Source: Rhizaria sp. SCN 62-66 (lineage: Eukaryota). Taken from it: a stretch of 39,338 nucleotides of DNA. Position 1 is the first letter of the stretch. The number at the start of each line of letters is the position of its first letter. The stretch is from assembly GCA_001724265.1 (NCBI GenBank), contig MEDY01000060.1, forward strand, positions 62,001 through 101,338, read 5' to 3'. A model generated the notes under the pieces. That model made no database searches, was not told the DNA's origin, and saw only the letters and a program-made list of their open reading frames with translations. The position numbers and the translations under genes are program-made. Shown in pieces: positions 12,158 to 22,771 of the stretch.

Positions 12158-14014
12158 TTACGCCCAGCGCGCAATGACGGTGACAATGCCGAAGCCGACA
12201 AAGAGTGCGAGCACGCGCGCCCAGAGGAACGTCTTTTGCGCGAAACCGGCCGGCATGAGCTCGAAAAGCGCAACGAAGAGGAAAGAACCGCAGGAAATGG
12301 ACATGATGACCGCGCGAGCGAGCGCGCCCTCAACGCGTGCAACAGTGTAGCCGATGATGATGCCAAGCGGGGTGGCGAAGGCGACCATGAAGACAACGAC
12401 CACAGTCATCAGCTTTGAGAGCTTACCACGCCAGATCGTCGTGCCAGCAGCGAAACCATCGACAAACTTGTGACCCACAGTCGCGCCGAAAAAGGTCCAG
12501 AACGCGGCCGAGTTGGAGCTATCTGCGCCAAGCGCGAGGCCGTTGAAGACGCAGTGGATGGTGATGGCAAGTGTGGCGATCACGGCGTCGGTGGCCAGAC
12601 GGACCGACTCGGCGTTCTTTTGTTGCTCCGTCGTGAGATCCTGGTCTTTGCGGACTTCGAGACCGGCGTTGGGGTCCGCGTCGTCGCCAACGGCGGCGGC
12701 GGCGGCGGCGGTGTCGACCTCGGCCGCGGGCTCACCTGCAATGGGGACAACAGCGCCTGAGGACGAGGACGACAGAGCAATGAGCGCATCGCCGTTATCA
12801 GCAGACACCGAGGAGGCGAGGCCCTCGACGGGGGTCGCGATGGGGGACGCGTCGCCCTCAGCGTCGCCGCCGTTGCCGCCGTGTGCGTGACCGGAGGCGG
12901 AGCGCGAGAGCGAGTCGCCCGAGTGCGCAGGCACGAGCTGGCAGTGAGGCACGACGCTATCGCCGCGGGCGACCATCTCGACGTCACCTTCCATCGCGTG
13001 CGAGTGTGCATGCTTGTGTGCGTGCGCGTGGCCGTGGCCGTGGGCGTGGCCGCCGCCGTGGCCGTGCGCCTCGCAGTGTGCGAGGTGCCCAGAGTTACGC
13101 TTGACCAGGAACTGCAGGATCATGTGTTCCAGTGAAAACAGGAACAGCAGAGTCAGACAGGCGATCATTTCGGGGTACGCAACGCCGTGGTCGTGCGCCG
13201 CCTCGCTCTCCGTCTCCTCAGTCTCGGCCGCAGTCTCGTCCGCAGCCGCGCCAGGGCCGGTGGTCGTGTCGGTGCCTTCAGTGTGATCGTGGTCGTGGCC
13301 AGCGTTCTCGGCGCGGGGAAGCAGCGAGGCAGCGCGCGCGCGGGCGGCGGCGGCGGCGGCGGCGCGGGCCGCAGCCTTCGCAGCAGCCTTCTCGCTGGCG
13401 CGCGACTTGGCCGCAGCGGTGCCGCGGCGGGAGTAGAGCGTGGAGCGGGGGCGGCGCTCAGCGGGAGAGTTGACGACGATGACAGGTGCAACGGCAGCGG
13501 CGTTGGGAATTGCAGCCAGCGCGGCAGCGAGTTCGTCCTGGGACTCGAAACTGTTGTCCGACAGCAGCATCGCAATGTGCGCGCGCGTCTGCGCAGCCGC
13601 AGCAGCAGCGGAAGCAGAGGCGGAGAGAGTGAGAGCGTGCACAGCGTGAGCATCTTCAGTCGAGTGATCGTGGCCTTCGTGCTCGTACTCCTCCCAAACC
13701 TCGCGGGCCTCGGGAAGGGTGTGCAGCATGCCAATGCCGAGCATGGCGCCTGCGGAGAGACACACGGCCAGTGCCATGACGACGCGCGCGCGGGGAGACT
13801 TGGCCAGCAGCCAGGGCAGGAGCGCAGAAGCGAGCACGATGACGAAAATAACCGGGATGGCAACCATCTTGCCGATGTACACGGCGTGCGAGCTGTCGCT
13901 CTCTGTCTCTTCAGCTGCGTGGTCGTGGTCATCGTCAGCCGCGGGCTGGATGGCGGGCAAGCCGCTCACGTGACTCGCGAGGCTCATCAAAGAGCGGGTC
14001 AAAGAAGGTGACAT
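12158..14014 (-). CDS. ZIP (ZRT/IRT-like, SLC39) zinc/iron transporter, 618 aa
   Basis: About 8 hydrophobic segments. GAMLGIGMLHTLPEA (TM2), YPEMIACLTLLFLFSLEH (TM3), a His-rich TM3-4 loop (HGHGGGHAHGHGHAHAHKHAHSH), IHCVFNGLALG (TM4), GHKFVDGFAAG (TM5), ATPLGIIIG (TM6), GSFLFVALFELMP (TM7); ends in TAA. Confidence 0.92.
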   Translation of the reverse strand: MSPSLTRSLMSLASHVSGLPAIQPAADDDHDHAAEETESDSSHAVYIGKMVAIPVIFVIVLASALLPWLLAKSPRARVVMALAVCLSAGAMLGIGMLHTLPEAREVWEEYEHEGHDHSTEDAHAVHALTLSASASAAAAAAQTRAHIAMLLSDNSFESQDELAAALAAIPNAAAVAPVIVVNSPAERRPRSTLYSRRGTAAAKSRASEKAAAKAAARAAAAAAARARAASLLPRAENAGHDHDHTEGTDTTTGPGAAADETAAETEETESEAAHDHGVAYPEMIACLTLLFLFSLEHMILQFLVKRNSGHLAHCEAHGHGGGHAHGHGHAHAHKHAHSHAMEGDVEMVARGDSVVPHCQLVPAHSGDSLSRSASGHAHGGNGGDAEGDASPIATPVEGLASSVSADNGDALIALSSSSSGAVVPIAGEPAAEVDTAAAAAAVGDDADPNAGLEVRKDQDLTTEQQKNAESVRLATDAVIATLAITIHCVFNGLALGADSSNSAAFWTFFGATVGHKFVDGFAAGTTIWRGKLSKLMTVVVVFMVAFATPLGIIIGYTVARVEGALARAVIMSISCGSFLFVALFELMPAGFAQKTFLWARVLALFVGFGIVTVIARWA

Positions 14015-14920
14015 GGGGATACGGAAGTCAGTTTTCGAGTGATGGACTGAAAGCGTGGGCCTGAAGCAAAATTAAACTACAATTATAGAAAATATAAGTG
14101 GGTGAGTGAGCGAAAATTGATCGCGAAATGTCCATGTTTCAAGAAGAAGTATGTCAAAAGCGCGCAAAATGATGTCGCGAGCGAAGATGCTGCAGAGAGT
14201 CAATCACGGAAAGTGATTATCTTGACTCAATAAAACGTGCATTTTGTTCTTGATTTTCGCATATTCAGAGGAATAATCCCAAACACTATCAAAATAAATT
14301 AGTGAAACATGATGCCGATGAGAGATAACGAGCTATCCAGCATTGTTGCTGTTGAGCAGCTACCTGCTTCTAGAGGGCATGCGGTGATTCACGTTCGCTC
14401 TAATTATACATTGATATTAAGCACTTTAAGACAACATATTATTAATACACAGAGATCCAACTTCATTTATCTCGAATTAAATAAATTTAACAACTTAGAC
14501 GATGATCTTTATCCTGAATCAATAGTTTTCTGGAGGGTCATCGGCGGAACTTGGCCGATGATCGTTGGGAGGGTGGCTTAAGGCTCAATGCAAAATACTA
14601 AAAGGATTACTCCTAGATGCGTGCTAGCTTGCGCACGCCTCTGGCGGGTTCGGGCAGACTGCGCGGGGTGCGAAATTACGCGTGAAGAATAATGGTTTTA
14701 AATTCAATACAAAACAAGATACAGTCAGTAATATACTGACTATACTATACCACATATAAACTAGTGAGATATGCAGTATCGAATTGTTTTAAATTTGTGT
14801 GTGGTATTCTGCTTCAAATCCTTCCAAAGCGACGAATCACAGCCAAGTCTACGATAACATGGATTGAAAGTGATGAGTTTATTACGTGTTCGAATCTAAA
14901 TCTACCCGTAGTTGACAAGT

Positions 14921-17723
14921 TTACTTGCGTTGCTGGTTCCTGCGGAGCGCCTTGAAGTACTCAAAACTCCCCTCCGGCGGCATCTCACCGGCCGGCGACT
15001 GCTGCTGCTGCTGTTGCTGCTGATGCTGCTGCTGCTGCTGCGGCTGCGGCTGCTGCTGTTGCTGTGCGGAGTCGTGCTGGCCCAGTGCAGCCTGCTGTTG
15101 CTGTTGTTGCAAAAGCAGCTGTTGCTGCTGCTGGCGCGCGATGATCGACGCCTGCTCCTGGTTGAGCGCGGACACGGCGAGACCGGACGACGGCGTTTGC
15201 ACCTTGAACCGGTTGAAATAGCCGCCTCCTGCGCCGCCGCCTGTGGCGGTAACCGAGCTCCGAGGCGATGCGCGTCTACTGCCGCTGCCGCTGCTGCCCG
15301 CACTGCCGCCGCCGTCACTGGCGGGGCTTCCTGGCCGCGACAGCGCCCCGCCGCCGCCGGTCTGGCCGCCAGCGCCGCCCACGGTCACACTGTCGCCGCC
15401 ACCGTGAAGTCCGCTGGCGTCGGCGTCCAGCTGCTGGCCCAGCCCCGCGCCGGCCTCGGGCGCAGTGACGCGGCCGGGCACAAACATCACTGACGCGGCC
15501 TCGGCGTCGCCGCCGGACTGCAGAGCGCCGGCGGCGGAACCAGCGGCAGACTCGCCGCCAGCAGCCGCAGCGCCAAGGCCAGCGCCCGCTGCAGAGCCTG
15601 CGGCACCGCCGGTGGAGCCTCCGGCGGCGGCAGAGGAAGAGTCGCCAGCGCCCGCGGCCCCACCGGCGGCGGTGGCGTCGAGCTCGGCGGCGGCCGCGGC
15701 GGCTTCAGCGGGCGTGGTCCTGCTCAGCGCCTCCTCTGCCTCTGCGTCGCCCGTCGCGCCCGTGGCGAGAAGGCGGGCCTCGACGTCCACGGCGCCGGCC
15801 GCCGCGGGCTGCAGCGGCTTCGGGATGACGAAGTGCATGACAGGCCTCAGCAGCGTGATCGCAGACGTCGATGTGCTCGTGGATGCAGTCGCTGCAGAGC
15901 CAGCGGCCGCGCCGGCGCCAGTCGAGGTGACAGCGCCCGAGCTGGCGGAGGCCGCGGCGGCGGCGGCAGCGGCGGCGGCGGCGGCCTCGGCGGCGGCGAC
16001 CGTCTCCTGCGAGGCGGGCGCCGACGCGGCTGCAACGACCGACGCCGCGGCCGCCGCGCCGGCCTGCGCCGCCTCGGCAGCGTCAGCGGGGGCGACGGCA
16101 ACAGCGGCGGACCAGCGCTCGTTGACGTACATCTCCGCAGCGAGCTCGCCGCCGCTGAAGGCGCGGGGGCGGCCGCCAGCGGGGAGGGTCGCAGCAGCAG
16201 CGCCGGCGCCGGCGCCCGCGGTGACGGTGGTCGCGGTGAGCGGAGACGATCCCGCCTTGGACGGGGAGCCCGTCGGCGAGTGCGCGTGCGCGGACGCAGT
16301 CGCCGTGGCGGAAGCAGCGCTGGGGGAGGAGGCGGGCGCCGCGGGCACGGGGGCTGGGACGACGGGCGTAACAGTGAAGGACGCCGTGTCGACTGTGAGC
16401 GTGCTCCCGGGCGCGGCGCCGCTGGCGATGCTGTCGCCGACAGCGCGCAGCAAGTCCCCGATCGCGGCGACCGCGGCTTCGAGTCCGTCGCTGCTGCCGT
16501 CGCCGCTGCCGCCGCCGCTGCCGATGCCGGGAGCGAAGAGCACAGGGCCGAAACCGACTGTGGGCGCCGCGGCGGCGGGGGCGGGGGCCGCCACGGGCTG
16601 CGCCGGCGCGGCGGCGACGACGGCCGCGGGGGCGGCGGCGGCGGCGGCGGGGGACGTCAACAACGGGGATGGCGCAGCGCGTGTGGCCGACGACGGGGAC
16701 CGTGCGCCGAAGCCGGGGGACCGCGCCGACAGCGCGGGGGACGCGCCCCCACCACCGGTACCGGTACCCGTGCTCTGCGCCGCCGTAGCCGAGGCTCCAG
16801 TTGCGGCTGCGGGCGGGGCATTGACGGCGGCGGCGGCGGCGGCGGCAGACTTGCGCGCCGAGAGCGCGGCCGCGAGGCCCGAAGGCGAGGACGACCCGCG
16901 GCCGCCCCCAGAGGCTCCGGTACGTGTGGGCGACGACGATGCGGGGGACGCGGAGCCCGACGCGGGTTCGGGGGAATCGCAGGACGCTGCGCCAGAGACG
17001 GCGGCCACAGAGTCGCTTTCCGCCGCTGCTGCTGCTGCTGCGGCGGCGACGGCGGCGGCAGCAGCAGCGGCGGGGCCGGCGGCGGCTGCGAGCGTGGGCA
17101 ACGAGGGACCCGCGGCGGCGGCGAGCGGCGGTGTCGCGATGCCGGAGCTGATCGGCGCGGGTTGAGTGCGTGGCGACGCCGGCCCTGCGCTAAACGCGAA
17201 GACAGAGGTCGCGGACGACGACGGAGACGCCGAGAGCGCCAGCGGCAGCGAGCCCGCGGCGCCGGCGCCGAGGTGACCTGGAGAGCCGGAGCCAGAGCCG
17301 GAGCCTGGGGCACCGGCGCCGCCAGCGTGGTTGGCGGCGGCGGCAGCGGCAGCGGCGGCGGCGGCAGCGGCGGCGGCGGAGGAGGAGGCGCCCATGGGGA
17401 TCGCCTGAGATGCGCCTCCAGTCAAACCTGCGCCCAGTGCTGCTGCTGAGGGGGAAGAAGATGAGGATGACGGGGACGCGTGGCTGCTGAGTGAGAGAAG
17501 ACCTGCGGAACCCGTGACCCCGCCCGGCGCTGCGTTGGAGCTCAGAGACAACGCCACGCCGCCGGACCCGCCCGAGCCTGCACCGGGGCCGGGGCCGTGA
17601 CCCGGAGCGATGTTCAGCAGCGAGAGATAGCGGCTGCGGATGGCCGTGCGCTGCGCACTCGCGGGGGACGGAGACGCGGCGGACGACGACGCTGACGCGG
17701 CAGCGGCGCCCGCGGCGGCGGCT

Positions 17724-17770
<47 letters not shown>

Positions 17771-19399
17771 AGAGGACGACGACGTCGACGACGACGCTGT
17801 CATCACTGCGCCCGTCGAGACACCGGCGCCGCGCGCGAACCCGGACCGACCGGCACCAGTGGTGCCCGTAGGACCCATGGGGTGGCTGTGGGAGGCGGCG
17901 GAGGGCGCGGGGAGCTCGTCTGCGCTGCCCGAAGCGACCGGGAACACCACAGGCGACGCTGGCCGCGAGGGCCGCTCAGCTGATTCGTCAGCACCAGCGC
18001 CTACACCGGTGGCGGGCGGCGGGAGCGCGAGGGCCTCGGCCTCGGCCTCCCCGGCGGCGGCGGCCGCAGCGGCGGCAGCGGCGGCGGCAGCGGCGGAGGA
18101 CGCCGACGCGGCCTGCGACTGGATCGCGGCGAGCAGCTCGTCTTCGGTCACCACGGCCGCGGAAAGCGGGTGAGACTCCGGGACGACCGCGGCCCACAGC
18201 CCCACGGTGTGCAGCAATGCGAGCAGTGGCGTGGTGAACGGGTCCTCCTCCGCCGCGGCCGCCGCGGCCTCGCTCGCGGTCCGCGCGGACGCCACAGCGG
18301 CCAGACGGCGCTCCCAGCGTGCGCTGGCGGCCTCGCCCAACGCACGCGCGCGCGCGGCGACGTCAGCGAGTGTGCGGGCGAGAAGCTTGACGTCGCCGCG
18401 GCACTGGCGCAGGCGCCGGTAAAGGTCCTTGATGCCCTCGCTGGCTTCGTTGCGCGACCTCTTGGCACGGTTGAGCGCGTAAATGAGCACTTTCTGACTC
18501 AAAGTCGTGCGGCGGGCGAGCGCGTACAGACGCAAATGGCCCGGAAGCATCTCACCTACTTCCATGATGTTGGGCTGCACGCGCCCGAGCGAGTGTTCGA
18601 GTGCGGTCGTGTGGTAGTGGTGCGGCACGTCCCAGCGCGGGGCGGTGATCCGCGTCAGCACATGTTTGCGCACTTGGCGCACGCGCTGGACTGTGGCCGA
18701 GAGCATTGACCCACGGCGCTCTTCACCTTGCAGCACTGCGAGCAGAGTACCGGCATGGTGGGACAGGGAAGCCTCGGTCTGGCGCAATTGGCGCTGTTTG
18801 GCCACGACCTGCATGTGGACGGACAAGAGCAAAGAGGCGGCGTCGAGAGCCATCACAGGGGCCGGGGTCGGGACGGCAGCGGGCGTTGATGCCGCCACCA
18901 GTTGCTGCTGCTGCTGTTGTTGCTGAGCTGCGGCTGCGGCGGCTGCTGCTGCGGCGGCGGCCTCAGCCTCGGCCGCAGCGGCGGCGGCGGCGGCGGCGGC
19001 CTGCTTGGCGGCTGCCTCGTCCTCAGCGGCCGCCCGCTCCGGGTTCTCCGCGCGCTCGAGCTCGCGCTGCTGCTGTTCAAACTGCGCCAGCGGCATCGTC
19101 ACGGGGGCCAGAGAGTACGTGAACTCCGGGCCGAGGTTGAACCGCTCCGGTACGAACACGAAGTCCTCCAGTGCGTAGTCAGGGGTGGCCTTCTCGCGCG
19201 CGCGGCCCAGCGGGCGTTGCGGGGCGCGCATGGACGTGGGGGCGGGGGACTGGGTGGCGGAGGACGAGGACGCTGCGAGGGCGGCGGCGTAGGCCTGCGC
19301 CAGCGGGGACGGCGCCGCGGCGGCCACAGCCGGAGCAGGTGTAGTTGCAGGAGCGGCGGCGGCAGCAGTGGCAGCGGTCGCGGGCGCGGGCGCGAGCGA

Positions 19400-19442
<43 letters not shown>

Positions 19443-19939
19443 GGGGAATGCGGGCGCGAGCGCGAAGCGTTGGGCGCGGTTGCTTTGCTCATAATGAGCG
19501 AGATGTGCTTGGTTAAGGCCTCGCTGGCGGCGCCATCAATGGGACTCGCTCCCTGCTGCGGCTGATGTTGCTGTTGCTGTTGCTGTTGTTGCGGTGGCGG
19601 CGACAGTGGCGTCGGCGTTGCGGGCGCAGCGCCGGCCTCGGGCGCGCCGCCATCGGGGTATGCGTCCGATGGCGCGGCGGCCAACTGCGCGGCGGCGCCG
19701 ATGGGAGCGGCGGCAACGGCGCCCACAACCGCGGCGGCGGCGGCGACGGGTGCGATGGGCGCGGCGACGGGGACGTCGGTGTCGCTACCGCCGGAGTTGT
19801 GGCGCTGCAGCATCAGCAAGCGCTGCTCCTCGAGCTGCTGCAGCATGAGCTGTTTCTGCTGCTCCAAGTGCTGCTTCGGGTCGCGCGCAGGCCCCGCGCC
19901 GCCGCCGCGAGGGCCGCCGAATGGCATCGGCGCGGACAT
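14921..19939 (-). CDS. Hypothetical low-complexity Ala/Ser/Gly/Pro/Gln-rich protein, 1672 aa, with a central predicted helical/coiled-coil region
   Basis: 5-kb uninterrupted ATG-to-TAA ORF that exactly fills a GC-rich block bounded by AT-rich DNA; codon style matches the neighbouring genes. No family recognised. Confidence 0.8.
17726..17770 (-). repeat. Near-perfect (GCC)n repeat (about 15 units) encoding poly-Ala
   Basis: Visible (GGC)n run on the + strand inside the 14921-19939 ORF. Confidence 0.9.
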
Positions 19940-20702
19940 GCGTGTCGGAGAAGACTGGACTTCGGCAAAGGGTGCAGCAGGTTTTGATTAAATTTTAGAA
20001 AGAAACGGCTATAGTCGCAGATAGAAACATGCATTGTACAGATATTGAAGAGGTGAGTGTTCGTCTAGCAATTGGATGCAGCGACATAGGCCGAGGAAAG
20101 TATCACACTAGCAAAAGCAGTGGCGTAGAGAGGAGGTCCGAGCGACCTGCATTGACGGGTATATGACGTCTAGGACACAATTCCAAATACGAATAGGGGG
20201 GTAAGCTCACAAAGGCCCATATAAGACCGTTAGTATCCAATGAGTACGGAGAGCTGTAGCGGTATTCGTGCAGACAATGTCAGCTCTCTCAGTGTCGCCC
20301 GCTTGCTCACGGTCACATACCGACCACAAATAGCTTTTTGGGGCCGGCTTGTCTTTGGCCAGCTTCGACGCGGCGCAGGGCCATGGACGACGTGCCCTAC
20401 GAGGGTTTCCTGTATGGGACACTTGCACGATACAAAGGTCGTGGAAAGAGTAACTGGGAATACTTCTAGACTAACTGAGCTCTGTTAATCTTTTTTCGTC
20501 ACTCTGCTCCGCATCGTGACTCTGTATCTTACACATCGTTCGAGTTTATTCGAGTACGATGACGACTTGTGAAGCCTCGTCGGGACTTCCTTCATTGCCG
20601 TCTTGCCGCTCATTTTCGCGTTGTTTTCAGCTCACACTATTTTATTTTGCAAATCCACCTTTTTCTTCTTCCGAAACGCTTTGTCGCACAGACTACCGTA
20701 CG

Positions 20703-21845
20703 ATGCGTTTCGCTGTCGTTGCTGCCATGGCTGTCGCTGCCGCGACCGCGTCCGTCCCCACCTACGACGGCTACACCTACGACATGTTCCTCGCCGAGCA
20801 CCGCCCCGCCATGCTCCTCACCGGTGAGAAGCCCTGCCCTGCCCGCAAGGCTGTCTTCGAGGCCAACCTCGCGACCATCAAGGCGCACAACGCCCAGGGC
20901 CGCAGCTGGTTCATGAAGGTCAACGAGCACGCTGACATGACTGAGGAGGAGTTCCTTGCCTTCTACACCGGTCTCGACAAGTCGTCCCGCAACCAGGCCC
21001 GCCTCACCACCACCCGCGCTGCCACCCGCATCCACAACGACTTCGCCATCTCGTTCAAGGCCCGCCGCCAGTACGAGGACGTGAGCGCCCTCCCCGTCTC
21101 CGCTGACTGGAGCAGCACCATCAAGACCGCCCTCAACCAGGGCCAGTGCGGCTCCTGCTGGGCCTTCGCCGCCGCGCACACCTTCATCGGCCGTGCTAAC
21201 ATCGCCTCCGGCAAGGACGTCTCTGTTTCCGCCCAGCAGATCACCTCGTGCACCCCGAACCCCCGCAAGTGCGGCGGCTCTGGCGGCTGCCAGGGTGCGA
21301 CTTTCCAGCTCGCCGCCGACTACATCACCAAGGAGGGTTTCCTGACCACCGCTGAGGCGTACCCCTACACCTCCGGCTCCACTGGTTCCACCGGCTCGTG
21401 CAAGCTTGACGCCTCGATGCCCCGCGCGCTCACCATTGGCGGCTACACCGAGCTCCCCAAGAACAACAAGACTGCTCTCCTGGCCGAGGTTGCCAAGGGT
21501 GGCCCCGTCTCTGTCTCCGTCGCCGCGTCCAAGTGGTTCCTCTACGGCGGCGGCGTTTTCGACGGCTGCACGTCCTCCAAGGACGGCATCGTTAACCACG
21601 CTGTCACCATGACCGGCTACCAGCTCGAGGGCACCCCCTACGTCTCCATCCTCAACTCCTGGGGCAAGTCCTGGGGCGAGAACGGCTACATCCGCCTCAA
21701 GATGTACGATTCCGAGCCCGTCACCTCGGACACCTCCCCCCACTCCGGCGCCGCGTGCGCCGATGAGCCCAGCGTCCCCTACGACGTCGTCGGCGAGTGC
21801 GGTGTCTTCTCCGACTCCGCCTTCCCCGAGGACGTCAAGGCGTAA
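20703..21845 (+). CDS. Papain-family (C1A) cathepsin-L-like cysteine protease prepropeptide, 380 aa, intronless
   Basis: Signal peptide MRFAVVAAMAVAAATAS; I29 propeptide (RKAVFEANLATIKAHN, VNEHADMTEEEF); catalytic motifs NQGQCGSCWAF, NHAV and NSWGKSWGENGYIRL; strong C-ending codon bias; ends in TAA. Confidence 0.96.
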   Translation: MRFAVVAAMAVAAATASVPTYDGYTYDMFLAEHRPAMLLTGEKPCPARKAVFEANLATIKAHNAQGRSWFMKVNEHADMTEEEFLAFYTGLDKSSRNQARLTTTRAATRIHNDFAISFKARRQYEDVSALPVSADWSSTIKTALNQGQCGSCWAFAAAHTFIGRANIASGKDVSVSAQQITSCTPNPRKCGGSGGCQGATFQLAADYITKEGFLTTAEAYPYTSGSTGSTGSCKLDASMPRALTIGGYTELPKNNKTALLAEVAKGGPVSVSVAASKWFLYGGGVFDGCTSSKDGIVNHAVTMTGYQLEGTPYVSILNSWGKSWGENGYIRLKMYDSEPVTSDTSPHSGAACADEPSVPYDVVGECGVFSDSAFPEDVKA

Positions 21846-22771
21846 GCGCCTCATCGTCCACTCGCTTTCTGGCCGCCTCGGCGGCGGCCTGGTCTCCCGT
21901 GCTGCTGCGGCAGCGGTGACGGCCGCGCTGTAACACACTCGTGTGGTGCTGCTGTTTTACTTTTATATAAAACAACAAATGGGGATATGGAGCGATGAAA
22001 CTGCGCATGGACGCAGATTCGCCCTGTTTCCGCAGCACTTTCGCCTGTGCGTGCGTCACCCTCGTGACACGTGGCGGCATCGCTGTGCAAGCACGGATTT
22101 CTTGCAGCAAAACTTGACTCAAAACTGTATCGTATCGTCTCTACTTAAATGTATGGTATCGCTTTGTATAGTGTTTCAGAGTGGAGCCCGTTTGCTTTCG
22201 GGTATAGCGTCAATACAGATTCTAAGCATATCGTACCACGTCTTTTGGCTCTTTTATACTCTGTCTTTCATTGTTACTCTACTTTTGGCGTACGTCAAGA
22301 AACAGCAAATCATGTCTGGCAGGACATGAAAATGTGTGCAGACGATGCATAAGGCGAGTAAATCACTTAAACAATATATTTTCCGCGCATATAAGTTTCA
22401 TCAACCCGCAAATGTTTTGAATACACGGGCAAATCGGATCATACTGACGTGTATATGCATGTATTTCAATCCCAGCCACAAACGCTCTTGGTCACTGACC
22501 CAACCAGTAAAGGATCGGGCATTTGCGTTCGGCGTTTACTTCGTTTCCACAATCCGTTGTACACTACTTGAACACCTGCAACAGACATCATACGATAGAA
22601 TTGATTTGTAACCGTTATACTACATTCACAGCATATCGATAAGCTGTGTTCCCAGAGCAATTTAAGTCGGGTCGTTCAACCGCTCTCACGTATGTACTTT
22701 CTTCACATTGCTCAGCTTCGCTCCCCGGTCAAGGCAACTCTCGCGTTGACTTCAAGGAGCTTCTTCCGACT

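Noticed and set aside
14630-14690. GC-rich patch containing GGGTTCG, examined as a possible tRNA (including a CUA suppressor)
   Set aside because: No cloverleaf, D-loop or acceptor stem can be drawn. I see no tRNA or rRNA gene in the window.
20559-20702. 48-codon N-terminal extension of the protease ORF
   Set aside because: T-rich UTR-like sequence; the signal peptide and codon bias begin at ATG 20703.
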